Shown here one piece after another: positions 37,476 to 47,184 of a DNA stretch of 64,000 nucleotides. A program made the position numbers and the translations under genes. The DNA lies in contig OY843592.1 of assembly GCA_963692865.2 (NCBI GenBank), forward strand, positions 2,944,001-3,008,000, in the 5' to 3' direction. Source of the stretch: a bacterium (GTDB taxonomy: Bacteria; UBA8248). The notes beneath the pieces are model-generated. The model was not told the origin of the DNA. It searched no databases and saw only the letters and a program-made list of their open reading frames with translations. The number at the start of each line of letters is the position of its first letter. Position 1 is the stretch's first letter.

Positions 37476-38414
37476 TCAATAGACCGGCATTATATCCTTC
37501 TCGTAGGTCTCGTCCACGCCCCGGGCGGCGGCGTAGAAGATCTCCTGCAGCCTGCGTGTGATTTCCCCCGGCTTCCCGTCTCCCACCTCGATGCGGTCGA
37601 GTGATAGCACGGGCGCGACCTCCGCGGCCGAGCCGCAAATCATCGCCTCATCGGCTACGTAGATCTCCGTGCGATCCATCGGCCGCTCCACGGGTTCCGG
37701 GCCGATGTGCCTGCCGAACATTTCGAGCACGCTGTCGCGCGTGATGCTCTCGAGTATCGAGGCCGTCACCGGCGGAGTGATGAGCTTCCCCTCGCGGACG
37801 ATCATGATGCACGTGCCCGTGCCCTCGGCCACCGTGCCGTTCTGGTTGAGCAGAAGGGCGTCGTCGTATCCGTTTATCCGCGCCTCGACGCCCGCGAGCC
37901 TGCCGTTCTGGTAGTTCGCCGAAGCCTTGACGCGCGGCGGCACGGAATCGTCCGAGATGCGCCGCCAACTGCTCACGCACAGGTTCACGCCCCCCTCCTG
38001 GCGCCTGCGGTTGCTGTTCGGCCCCCCACTGATGAATACGCAGGTGTCCACCTCGTCCGCCGCGTATCCCTTCATGTCCAGGGGTCCCGAATCGTCGAAA
38101 TACACGTTGAGCCTGAAGTGGAGGTCTTCCCTGAATTCGTTCGCCCGTATCCACTCGATGACGGCGTCCTTGAATTCCTCCGCCGTATAGGGCGGCGTCA
38201 TCCGCATCACCCGCATCGAATCGAAGAGCCGCCGGATGTGCGGATCCATCTTCCAGAGGAAGAGATTATTCCGCTCCTCGCTCCAGTAAGCGCGAATCCC
38301 CTCGTACACGCTCGAACCCCTGAGGACCGCTTGGCTGAAAACGCTGATCTTGGCCTCCTCGGGCGGTACCACCTCTCCGTTGAGCCATACCTTGGCATGA
38401 TCGTAGCTGGGCAC
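37476..38414 (-). CDS. ilvE: Branched-chain amino acid aminotransferase (class IV)
   Basis: YEGIRAY, KASANY, AEGTG, ILESITR and GSAAEV; GTG start after GGAGG. Confidence 0.85.
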   Translation of the reverse strand: MPSYDHAKVWLNGEVVPPEEAKISVFSQAVLRGSSVYEGIRAYWSEERNNLFLWKMDPHIRRLFDSMRVMRMTPPYTAEEFKDAVIEWIRANEFREDLHFRLNVYFDDSGPLDMKGYAADEVDTCVFISGGPNSNRRRQEGGVNLCVSSWRRISDDSVPPRVKASANYQNGRLAGVEARINGYDDALLLNQNGTVAEGTGTCIMIVREGKLITPPVTASILESITRDSVLEMFGRHIGPEPVERPMDRTEIYVADEAMICGSAAEVAPVLSLDRIEVGDGKPGEITRRLQEIFYAAARGVDETYEKDIMPVY

Positions 38415-38580
38415 GGGAACCTCCAATGTGGACGTGTATGTGGGCCATCGACACGGAAACACGGCATGATGAACAATTTGGGGGCCGGTTGACAAGGGGC
38501 GACCCCGCCTTGACGCTCGGGCGCGCTTGGGCGTAGCGTTGTGCCGGACAAATTTCAAACTGCCCCATTCGGAGATTTTC

Positions 38581-39951
38581 ATGCAGCAGCCCACGGACAC
38601 CCCGAAACTCGCGGACGCCTACGCCGAATCCCTGCCCGCCTCGCGCGCCCTCTACGAGCGGGCGAATGAGGTCTTCCCCGACGGGGTGACGCACGACAAC
38701 CGCAGGATGCAGCCGTTTCCCATTTACGTCGAGCGCGCCGAGGGCGCCTACAAGTGGGACGTGGACGGCAACCGCTACATCGACTACTGGATGGGCCACG
38801 GCGCGCTTCTCTACGGGCACAACCCGCCCCACATCCGCGACGCCGTGAGCGAGGCCGTTCTCAAGGGCTCGCACTATGGCGCCAGCCACAAGCCGGAGGT
38901 GGAATGGGGCGAATGGGTGCAGCGCCTCGTGCCATGCGCCGATCGGGTGCGCTTCACGGCTTCTGGCACCGAGGCGACGCACATGGCGCTCAGGCTCGCG
39001 CGCGCCTTCACGGGCAGAAAGCGCATCGTCAAGTTCGCGGGCCACTTCCACGGATGGCACGAGGGGCTCGAAATCGGCGTGCGCGCCCCCTACACGAACG
39101 AACCCGAAGCGGGGCAACTGGAAGTCGTTACCGACCTCGTCACCGTCTGCCCGCCGGACGACTTGGAAGCCGTCCGCGGCGCGCTGGCCTCGGGCGATGT
39201 CGCCGCGCTCATCCTGGAGCCGACGGGCGGGCATTTCGGCACCATCCCGATGCGCGGGGATTTCGTGGCCGCGCTCAGGGAAGAGACGAACAAGGCGGGG
39301 GCGCTCCTCGTCTTCGACGAAGTGGTTACCGGCTTTCGCGTTTCGCCGGGCGGGGCGCAGGCGCACTTCGGCGTGACGCCCGACCTGACGAGCCTCGCCA
39401 AGATACTCGCAGGCGGCCTGCCGGGAGGATCCGTCGTGGGCCGCGCGGACGTGCTCGAATACCTCGCCACCAAGCCGGATCCGGAGGCGAACCGCCACAT
39501 GAAAATCGCCCACCACGGGACCTTCAACGCGAACCCCGTCTCCGCCGCCGCGGGCGTCGCCATGCTCTCATCCCTGGCCGACGGCCGGGCGACCCAAGAG
39601 GTGAACGCGCAGGCGCAGAAGCTCAGATACGGCATGAACGAGATTCTCGCCCAAGAGGCGGTGGCCTGGCGGGTGTATGGCGAATACAGCGACTGGAAGA
39701 TTCTTTTCGACGCCGACGCCCCGCCGAATGACGGAGGGGATCAGGACGTTAGCGGAATCGACTGGCGGCGTCTCGACTCCAAGAACGCGCAGAAAAGCCG
39801 CGCGCTCAGACAAGCACTCATCTTACACGGGGTGGACTTCAACGGCGCGCGCGCCCTCGTGGGAACCTGCCACACGGACGGCGTGATCGAGGAAACCCTC
39901 GCCGCCTTCCGGGCGGGCGTCCAGACCATGAAGGAAGAAGGGGTCGCCTAG
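38581..39951 (+). CDS. Class III aminotransferase (glutamate-1-semialdehyde aminomutase-like)
   Basis: DVDGNRYIDY, SGTEAT, FDEVVTGFR, LAKILAGGLP and HGTFNANP. Confidence 0.88.
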   Translation: MQQPTDTPKLADAYAESLPASRALYERANEVFPDGVTHDNRRMQPFPIYVERAEGAYKWDVDGNRYIDYWMGHGALLYGHNPPHIRDAVSEAVLKGSHYGASHKPEVEWGEWVQRLVPCADRVRFTASGTEATHMALRLARAFTGRKRIVKFAGHFHGWHEGLEIGVRAPYTNEPEAGQLEVVTDLVTVCPPDDLEAVRGALASGDVAALILEPTGGHFGTIPMRGDFVAALREETNKAGALLVFDEVVTGFRVSPGGAQAHFGVTPDLTSLAKILAGGLPGGSVVGRADVLEYLATKPDPEANRHMKIAHHGTFNANPVSAAAGVAMLSSLADGRATQEVNAQAQKLRYGMNEILAQEAVAWRVYGEYSDWKILFDADAPPNDGGDQDVSGIDWRRLDSKNAQKSRALRQALILHGVDFNGARALVGTCHTDGVIEETLAAFRAGVQTMKEEGVA

Positions 39952-39995
39952 GTTTTTCCAACCGATTCATCAAATACCATGAAGGAGAGCCGCAC

Positions 39996-41246
39996 TTGCA
40001 CAGCGCGCTGAAAGGCCTCTTGAGCCTGGAATCCGGACGCATCGTGGACGACATGGAACACCCCTTCACTTGCCCCGAGACGGGCGGGAACCTGCAGGGC
40101 AGCTACGATGTCGAGTGGGTAAAGGCCCATGTCGACAGGGACGAGATCGCCCGCAGACCCCGTGGCATCTGGCGCTGGCGCGAACTCTTGCCCGTGCGCG
40201 ATGAGAAGAACGTGGTCTCGCTCGTTGAGGGCGACACCCCCCTCATCCCCGCCGAGAGGCTCGGGAAAACGCTTGGATACAGGAACCTCTATATCCTGGA
40301 TGAATCGAGAAACCCCACGGGGTCGTTCAAGGACAGGGGCGGGTCGGTCACCATCAGCAAGTGCAGGGAAGTGGGGGTGGACCGCATCGTGCTGCCCTCC
40401 TCGGGCAACGCCGCGGCCTGTTTCAGCGCCTACTGCGCGCGGGGCGGAATCGAGTTCATCGGCTTCGTGCGCGACGACAGCTCTGCCGTCCATTGCCTGC
40501 AAGTCGGCGCATACGGGGCGTTCACGCTCATCATCGAGGGCGATCAGGGCACGGGCGGACGCTTCGCGGAAGAGGTATCCAAGGAACTCGGCTGTCTGCA
40601 CGCCACCCTGCCCCGGAATCTCTACAGAATCGAGGGGAAAAAGACCGCCGCCTTCGAGATCGCCGAAAAACTCGGCTGGCGCGCGCCGGACCGCGTCGTC
40701 TGCCCCACGGCGGGCGGCACGATGGCGCTTGCGATGGACCAAGGCTTTCGGGAACTCCTGGCCTTGGGCTGGATAGACAGGATGCCCGCGATCGACGTCG
40801 TACAAGTCGATGGCTGCGCGCCCATCGTCCGTGCCCTTCACACGGGCGGTAAGGTCGAGCCCTGGGGCGAGGTGCACACGAAATCCGCCGGCCTCACGAG
40901 CCCCTCCCCCGGCGCGGGCGAGCGCGTGGCGGGAGTTGTTCGGAAATCAGAAGGCCACGGCGTGCTCGTGAGCGACGCGATGAACCTCGAAGCCGAGTTT
41001 CTCATCGCCGGACGCGAGGGGCTTTTCCTGCAACCCGCTTCTGCGGCGTCCGTGGCGAGCCTGATGGAGGACGCCGAGCGGCCCCGAAGGCCCGAAGCCG
41101 ATGAGGTAATCGTCTGCATCGGCACGGGCACCGGAAAGAACGCGGCGGAAGTGGCGGGCGAAGCGCTCGGCAGGCCGGAACGCATTCCGCCCGATATCGA
41201 CGCCTTCACACGAGCCCGCGACGCCTGGCGGGGGGACGGCGCCTGA
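39996..41246 (+). CDS. Threonine synthase-like PLP enzyme
   Basis: IWRWRELLP, EGDTPL, NPTGSFKDRG, SSGNA and EGKKT. Confidence 0.85.
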   Translation: MHSALKGLLSLESGRIVDDMEHPFTCPETGGNLQGSYDVEWVKAHVDRDEIARRPRGIWRWRELLPVRDEKNVVSLVEGDTPLIPAERLGKTLGYRNLYILDESRNPTGSFKDRGGSVTISKCREVGVDRIVLPSSGNAAACFSAYCARGGIEFIGFVRDDSSAVHCLQVGAYGAFTLIIEGDQGTGGRFAEEVSKELGCLHATLPRNLYRIEGKKTAAFEIAEKLGWRAPDRVVCPTAGGTMALAMDQGFRELLALGWIDRMPAIDVVQVDGCAPIVRALHTGGKVEPWGEVHTKSAGLTSPSPGAGERVAGVVRKSEGHGVLVSDAMNLEAEFLIAGREGLFLQPASAASVASLMEDAERPRRPEADEVIVCIGTGTGKNAAEVAGEALGRPERIPPDIDAFTRARDAWRGDGA

Positions 41247-41321
41247 GGCGGCCGACAAGCGCTATCAAGCCGCAAGACTGCCGAAACACACCACCCGCAA
41301 CCGGAAAAACACATCCTTCCC

Positions 41322-41624
41322 CGGGTTGTTGAAAAAACTGGCCCGGCCCTGGGAGCGGACGCGTTTGATGCCCGTCTTGCATGCCACCGTATCGACCTCA
41401 TCCTGAGTAGGCGCGCAAGCGCCGTATCGAAGGATGGGAGGCGCGTAAACGCTCCCTCATCAATCACGTTTGACCCCGCAGGCATGAACTTCGCCCTTCG
41501 TACCCGGCTTCGCCGCTACTCAGGGTGAAGGAGATATTACGCGCCGGAGCGGCGAATGCGCTGCAGGTATCGGTCTTCCCGAGGAGGAAAAACCGATCCT
41601 TGAGGGGACTTTTCCAATAACCCG
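41322..41624. mobile_element. MITE-like element carrying a REP-A doublet
   Basis: CGGGTTGTTGAAAAA / TTTTCCAATAACCCG; REP-A arms at 41396-41433 and ~41494-41529; no clear TSD. Confidence 0.65.
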
Positions 41625-41763
41625 TATTCGGCAGGCGCGTCTTCACGCATATCCATGCGGCGAAAATTGTCCTTCCTTTCGCTTCTACCGTTCACATTCT
41701 ACTTTATAGTACCCAATATAACTAACTGTTAATTTGTGCATTATAGTTCAATTAAAAATTTCC

Positions 41764-41792
41764 TTGATTTTCGTTTTATTTTCGTATACATT
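41764..41792 (+). promoter_or_regulatory. Sigma70-like promoter of the radical SAM gene
   Basis: TTGATT-17 bp-TACATT in an AT-rich tract. Confidence 0.5.
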
Positions 41793-41828
41793 TTCTCCCT
41801 CACACCAACTCGAACAGGGAGAACAATC

Positions 41829-43073
41829 ATGGTGACGGAAAAAACCCTCCACAAACTGGCCATTCTCGGTGGGCAATCCTTCGACGACAGGGAGGGTCCG
41901 CCCGGCATGCGGAAAAAGCCCAAATACCGGCGAAAATTCCTGGCCTCGGACACGCCGGCGATATTTCCGGTCCCCTTCAAGGGCGGGCGCATCATGCCGC
42001 TTCTCTCCACCATGATGACCAACGCCTGCAGCTACGACTGCCGCTATTGCCCCATGCGGGCTTCTCGCAACATGCCGCGCTATGCCTTCGGCCCCGAGGA
42101 GCTGGCCGACACCTTCATGGCGCTCAAGCGGAGAAACCGCGCCGAGGGGCTTTTCCTCACCAGCGGCGTTCCGGGCAGCGGCGTCACGGGGGTGGACAGG
42201 ATGATAGCCGCGGCGGAAATCCTGCGCTTCAAGCACCATTTCCATGGCTACATCCACTTGAAGATGCTGCCGGGGGTGGAGGATTCCCAACTCGGGCGCG
42301 CAGCCCAGATAGCCACGAGACTCTCGGTGAACCTCGAAGCCGCCACCCAACGGGGTCTTCACGCCATGGCGCCCGAGAAGAGCCTCGACGCCGACCTGAA
42401 ACCCGCCCTCGAATACGCAGGGGAGATGGCGCGCGAGTCGTTTTTCGAAAGATCCGGCCTCATCGCCGACGGCGTGACGACGCAGTTCATCGTCGGCGCA
42501 AGCGGGGAGAGCGACATGGACGTCCTCTCGGCTTCCCACGCGCTCCAGAAGAAGGGTCTTTTGCGCCACACCCATTTCAGCGCCTTCAAGGCGGTGGAGA
42601 ACACGCCGATGGACGGGGTGCCCTCGGTCTCCAAAACGCGCGAGCACAGGCTCTACCAGGCGGAACACCTCCTGCGCGAATATGGATTCGGGTTGGATGA
42701 AATTCCCGCCTCAGACGGCAACCTGGCGCTCGACGAGGACCCCAAGACGACGTGGGCGAGGAGAAACCTCTCGCAGTTCCCGGTGGAGATCATGACCGCG
42801 GACCCACAGACCTTGATGCGCGTGCCGGGGGTCGGCCCCACATGGGCGAAGCGCTTGGTGGAAGTCAGGAGAAAAGCCCACATCCGCGATTTCAGGTATC
42901 TGACGCGACTGGGCCGCATCCGCAAATCGGCGGCAGGGTGGCTCGCGCTTCGCGGCAAGCGCCTTGGGCCCAAACCCATGCTCGCCACGCAACTGAGCCT
43001 CGGCCTGCAGCACAGGGGAAAAAGGCGCGTTCATCCCTCGATGAGCAACTTACCGCCGTGTTCATTTCGTTGA
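41829..43073 (+). CDS. Putative DNA modification/repair radical SAM protein with helix-hairpin-helix
   Basis: TNACSYDCRYC, GLFLTSG, GYIHLK, REHRLYQA, DPK..WA and MRVPGVGP. Confidence 0.88.
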   Translation: MVTEKTLHKLAILGGQSFDDREGPPGMRKKPKYRRKFLASDTPAIFPVPFKGGRIMPLLSTMMTNACSYDCRYCPMRASRNMPRYAFGPEELADTFMALKRRNRAEGLFLTSGVPGSGVTGVDRMIAAAEILRFKHHFHGYIHLKMLPGVEDSQLGRAAQIATRLSVNLEAATQRGLHAMAPEKSLDADLKPALEYAGEMARESFFERSGLIADGVTTQFIVGASGESDMDVLSASHALQKKGLLRHTHFSAFKAVENTPMDGVPSVSKTREHRLYQAEHLLREYGFGLDEIPASDGNLALDEDPKTTWARRNLSQFPVEIMTADPQTLMRVPGVGPTWAKRLVEVRRKAHIRDFRYLTRLGRIRKSAAGWLALRGKRLGPKPMLATQLSLGLQHRGKRRVHPSMSNLPPCSFR

Positions 43074-43196
43074 TGTTGCGGCCAAAATGCGTGGTTGGAT
43101 TGCGCCCGCCCGCTTGACGCGGATATGCGATGGGACTACCCTTCCCGTCTCTCGCTGTAGAGCCAATGCGCGCGATGCGAGAGGACACCGCTTCAT

Positions 43197-43271
43197 GGCC
43201 CCTTCGTCTAGCGGTCAGGACACCGGCCTCTCACGCCGGTAACAGGGGTTCGAGTCCCCTAGGGGTCACCA
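43197..43271 (+). tRNA. tRNA-Glu(CTC)
   Basis: GGCCCCT/AGGGGTC acceptor stem, CCGGC-CTCTCAC-GCCGG anticodon arm, GGTTCGAGTCC and encoded CCA. Confidence 0.97.
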
Positions 43272-43301
43272 GTAAGAACAAGCTCACAAGTGATACTCGC
43301 C

Positions 43302-43946
43302 TCAACCCCAGGTGTTCATGTGGACGATCTCATCGAGCGGTCGGCGCTTGGCGGGCCGGAAATTCATCCCCAGCGTCCAGGCCACTGGGATGAGCGCCAC
43401 CTGCATGAAGTCTTCCGGCACGCCGAGAAGCTCCGCCGCCTCCATCTCGCAGCGCAGGTGCAGCGTGGTGAACACCGAACCCAGCCCGCGTGAGCGCAGC
43501 GCCAGTTGAAAACTCCACACCGCCGGAATGACGGACCCCATGAGGCCAGCCCACATGAAACGCGGCGGATTATCGGGCAGGAAATTCTGGATGCACGGAA
43601 TCACGTGCACGGGGGCGCGCTCGATGTTCTCGGCCAGATAGATGGCGGAATCGAACACCCGCTCATCCTGCGCGGCCCCGCTTTCTCGCGCCTGCGCCAG
43701 GCCCTGCGCGAGGTATTCATCCCCTCCCTTGCGGTAGAGCCGCCCGAGTTCACGGCGTTTGTCCTCATCCGTCACCACGAGCCAGCGCCAGCCCTGGCGG
43801 TTCGAACCCGTGGGGGCCTGCAGGCCGAGTTCGAGACAATCCATCACGACCTCTGTCGGCACTTCACGGTCGAAATCGAGGCGCTTGCGCACCGAGCGCG
43901 TCGTGGAAAGGAGTTTGTCGGTCATTGCGAGGTCGAAACCGGCCAT
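43302..43946 (-). CDS. Nitroreductase family protein
   Basis: TTRSVRKRL, QAPTGSNRQGW and LALRSRGLGS. Confidence 0.9.
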   Translation of the reverse strand: MAGFDLAMTDKLLSTTRSVRKRLDFDREVPTEVVMDCLELGLQAPTGSNRQGWRWLVVTDEDKRRELGRLYRKGGDEYLAQGLAQARESGAAQDERVFDSAIYLAENIERAPVHVIPCIQNFLPDNPPRFMWAGLMGSVIPAVWSFQLALRSRGLGSVFTTLHLRCEMEAAELLGVPEDFMQVALIPVAWTLGMNFRPAKRRPLDEIVHMNTWG

Positions 43947-44106
43947 GCGGCCCTCCTTTCAGGTGCAAGATTCGGTTATTTCAAGCGAGATGCGACATGG
44001 TATCAAAACGCAAGACTCCGCGTAACGCACGGCGCGCGCCGGTTCCCAAAGGCGGCGTCGTTCTTCTATAATCCCTCCAATTCCTATCACCAAAACGAGG
44101 ATAATC

Positions 44107-44790
44107 ATGTCGAACCAGGCAAGCGAAACCAGCAAAATCCGGCTGCTCGACCCCGATGCGGCGGCGGGTGATACGGCGCGTTTCTTCGAGGCGACGCGCG
44201 AGTTTCTGGGACGCATCCCCAATTCCGCGCTCGCAATGGCGAACACGCCCTACATCGCGCGCTTCTACCTCCCCTTCAACGCCACGCTCCAGCGCGAGGG
44301 CATGGGCGGTCTGCTGACCTGCAAGATAAAGGAGATCGTGGTTCTCAAGACGAGCTTCGTGAATTCTTGCGCCTACTGAATCGCGCACAACACGGCGCTT
44401 GGTCAAGCGACGGGAATCACGGATGAGCAGATCGAGGCCATCGCCTCGGACGATTACATGACCTCCCCCCTTTTAAGTCCGCGCGAGCGCGCCGCCTGCC
44501 TGTGGGCGGAGCATTTTACGCGAAACACCGCGCGCGAGAACCCGGACGTGCTCGAAGAGGTGAAGCGGCATTTCACCGATGGCGAGATCGTCGAGATGTC
44601 TCTCATGAGCGGCAAGCAGAGCATGATGAACCGCTTCATGGACTCGTTCGCCATCCCCATTGAGGACGAGGGCGAGGTGAACAAGATCAAAAAATCTGTG
44701 CGCGGGAATCCCGACAAGATGAAGGCGTATCTCCAGGCGCTCATCGACAACTGGCCCGAGGAGTTCCCCGAACCCAACCCGGATGAATAG
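44107..44790 (+). CDS. AhpD/carboxymuconolactone decarboxylase-like selenoprotein (CxxU), Sec at UGA 44377-44379
   Basis: ORFs 44107..44379 and 44458..44790 share a frame; read-through gives NSCAY-U-IAHN, matching the AhpD CxYCxxH motif. Confidence 0.88.
44396..44409 (+). promoter_or_regulatory. Putative bacterial SECIS element
   Basis: CGCTT-GGTC-AAGCG hairpin; the G-initiated loop lies 21 nt after the UGA. Confidence 0.6.
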
Positions 44791-44817
44791 GGAGCAAAGA
44801 CAAAAGCCGCCCCCGGC

Positions 44818-45852
44818 CTACAAATAATCCCGTACTGCCACAGTCCGTCCCATGCGCGAACTCGCGTCCGCCGCGAAGACGACGGCGAGGTTCTCGTGCG
44901 CGACGCGGCCGTCCACCTCGGGCGTTCTGTCTCCGCGCACGCAGTCGGCGAAATCCTCGAGCGCGTCTCGGAACATGTCCCCCTCGGGCACCTCGTATAC
45001 GGCGTCTTCGCCCAGCGGATCCCTGTCGACGTGGAGGCGGATGGGTTCCGGCGCCTTGGAAGGGTCGCGCCACTGCTGGCCCGTGATGCGGAAGTGCGCG
45101 ACGCCCTTCGTGCCGTGCACGTTCATGTGAAACGCCCAGGGACACGCCCAGCCCCCGCCGACGTAGGAGAGCGCGCCGCTCTCGTGCTCGAGAATCATCA
45201 TCGAGGTGTCGTCCACGTCCTCGGTCGCATAGGCGCGCTTGAGCCTGGCGGTGACGTTTTTAATCGGACCGTGCAGGTAGCGGAACGTGTCGATGTGGTG
45301 GATGGACAGCTGGATGACGACGCCGGTGGGGTTGAGCTCCCGGCTCGAGCGCCACTTCTCGGGCGTGAGTTCCAGCCCCCGCTCGGTGCAGAAGTTGCTC
45401 TCGCTCATCGAGATTTTTCCAATTTCACCCGCGTCTATCAGCTCCTTCATGCGCCTCGATACGGCCAGTCGGCGCGCGCTGTGGCCCACCGCCAGCTTGA
45501 CGCCCGCGCCCTCGGCCGCATCCACGATGGCCCGGGAGTGCTCCAGGCTGTGCGCGATGGGCTTTTCGCAGTAGACGTGCTTGCCCGCGGCGGCCAGGGC
45601 CTCGATGTGCTCCTTGTGGTTGTGGTTGGGCGTCGTGAGGATGACGGCCTCGACCTCATCGTCATTCAGCAGCGCATCCAGGCTATCCGCCTCGCGCGCG
45701 CCGTAGCGCTCCATGAAGGCGCCGCGTTTTTCCGCTGTGCGGCTGAAGCACGAGACGAGCCGGATTTTGCCTCCACGGAGCGCTGCGTCTGCGAGCACGT
45801 TGGCCCAGCGGCCCAGCCCCATCGAGGCGACGCGCACGGGTTCGAACGACAT
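44818..45852 (-). CDS. Gfo/Idh/MocA family oxidoreductase
   Basis: GLGRWA, TPNHNH, GKHVYCEKP and IHHID. Confidence 0.92.
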   Translation of the reverse strand: MSFEPVRVASMGLGRWANVLADAALRGGKIRLVSCFSRTAEKRGAFMERYGAREADSLDALLNDDEVEAVILTTPNHNHKEHIEALAAAGKHVYCEKPIAHSLEHSRAIVDAAEGAGVKLAVGHSARRLAVSRRMKELIDAGEIGKISMSESNFCTERGLELTPEKWRSSRELNPTGVVIQLSIHHIDTFRYLHGPIKNVTARLKRAYATEDVDDTSMMILEHESGALSYVGGGWACPWAFHMNVHGTKGVAHFRITGQQWRDPSKAPEPIRLHVDRDPLGEDAVYEVPEGDMFRDALEDFADCVRGDRTPEVDGRVAHENLAVVFAADASSRMGRTVAVRDYL

Positions 45853-45953
45853 GTTGTTTTCTCCTCGGGAAATTGTAAGTCGGTGGATTAGCGGAATCCG
45901 ATATTCATCAGGGCGAGCGAAACTCTGAAAAACTCCACGATATCAAGCCTGCG

Positions 45954-46412
45954 CTAGATACTCACCTGGAAATTGGGCAAGCGCACGCCCGCCGCCGGAT
46001 CCACCGGGGCCGCGCTCAATTCATCGAGCGTTGTGTTGCGCAGCGTCTCGTCTATCGCGTCTTCGAGTTTTTTCCACAAGGCGCGGCTTCCGCATACCGG
46101 AATGTTCGGACACGGCGACGAGGGAGGCTCATCGCCGCAATCGACGGGCTGAATCGTCTCCCCCACCGCGGAGAGAACGTCGCGCATGTTGATATCAGAA
46201 GGCGGCAGCGCGAGGATGTAGCCGCCCCCCGGCCCCCGCGTACTGCTCACCAGAGAGGCCCTGCGCATCTTCACGAACAACTGTTCGAGATAGTGCTGGC
46301 TGATTCCGAGCCTGCCGGCTATCTGGGGCAAGGGCACGGGATGCGTCTGCGAATGCCTCGCCAGCTCTATCATGGCGAGCACGGCGTATCGCCCCTTGGT
46401 CGATATTTTCAT
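45954..46412 (-). CDS. Rrf2 family regulator (CymR/IscR-like)
   Basis: MKISTKGRYA, YLEQLF and STRGPGGGY; three Cys in the C-terminal half. Confidence 0.92.
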   Translation of the reverse strand: MKISTKGRYAVLAMIELARHSQTHPVPLPQIAGRLGISQHYLEQLFVKMRRASLVSSTRGPGGGYILALPPSDINMRDVLSAVGETIQPVDCGDEPPSSPCPNIPVCGSRALWKKLEDAIDETLRNTTLDELSAAPVDPAAGVRLPNFQVSI

Positions 46413-46443
46413 CGGCGGCGTCCTCTCATCTCACGTCTAAGCC

Positions 46444-47184
46444 TCATGGCTGAACGAGCGCTCCCCGCCTCGTGGGGATTTTCGTTTGCTCACTCCCGGC
46501 GAGCGCGCAGACGGGGCAATCCGGATCCCGGGCCACACGTACGCTCCCGGCGGTGTTTTTCCACAAATCGGCCGTCATCAGCCTGTTCGACCAGGCCGGC
46601 TCAAGCCCCCCGAGAACACGCAGCGCATCTGCGGCCTGCGCCATGCCCACGAAACCGGCCACCGCGCCGAAAACGCCCGCATCCCCGCAGTCGAGGCCGC
46701 GCGCGTCAGCGCCCTCCTCGCCCACCAGGCAGCGCAGGCAGGCGCTCTCACAGGGCAGAATCGTCATCACCTGCCCGAAAAAGCGCAAGACGCCTCCCAT
46801 GACCCACGGCGTCCCGGCCGCGATGCAGGCGTCGTTAAGAATGAGCTTGGTCGTCAAATTGTCGCTTCCATCGATCACGACGTCATAAGGCGCGATGATC
46901 CGGGCGACATTCTCGCGCGTGATTTTCTGGGGAATCTTGTCCACCGCTACTTCGGTGGACAGCCTGAATATGGAATCAGCGCCCGAGTCGACTTTTAGAC
47001 GGCCGATGTCTTCGGTTCGATGGAGAATCTGGCGCGCCAGGTTGTCGAGCGTCACGGCGTCGTGATCGGCAAGCCCGATACGCCCCACGCCGGAAGCAGC
47101 CAGCGCCAGCGCCGCGGGGCAGCCCAGGCCGCCGACGCCCACAATGAGTGCGGACGAACGCGCCAGAGCGCTCTCATCACTCAT
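46444..47184 (-). CDS. ThiF/MoeB E1-like adenylyltransferase, catalytic motifs intact, N-terminal RYSR segment missing
   Basis: Starts MSDESAL (AGGAGG RBS, ATGA overlap with the JAB gene); GVGGLG, NLARQ, DGSDN, CLRC, LDC and CPVC. Confidence 0.88.
   Translation of the reverse strand: MSDESALARSSALIVGVGGLGCPAALALAASGVGRIGLADHDAVTLDNLARQILHRTEDIGRLKVDSGADSIFRLSTEVAVDKIPQKITRENVARIIAPYDVVIDGSDNLTTKLILNDACIAAGTPWVMGGVLRFFGQVMTILPCESACLRCLVGEEGADARGLDCGDAGVFGAVAGFVGMAQAADALRVLGGLEPAWSNRLMTADLWKNTAGSVRVARDPDCPVCALAGSEQTKIPTRRGALVQP

Noticed and set aside
41811-41824. GAAC-N-GAAC LexA box upstream of the radical SAM gene
   Set aside because: The spacing is 5 nt, which does not match the GAAC-N7-GAAC or GAAC-N4-GTTC boxes
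43197-43300. tRNA-Glu as an integration site
   Set aside because: No integrase and no duplicated tRNA 3' end seen in the window
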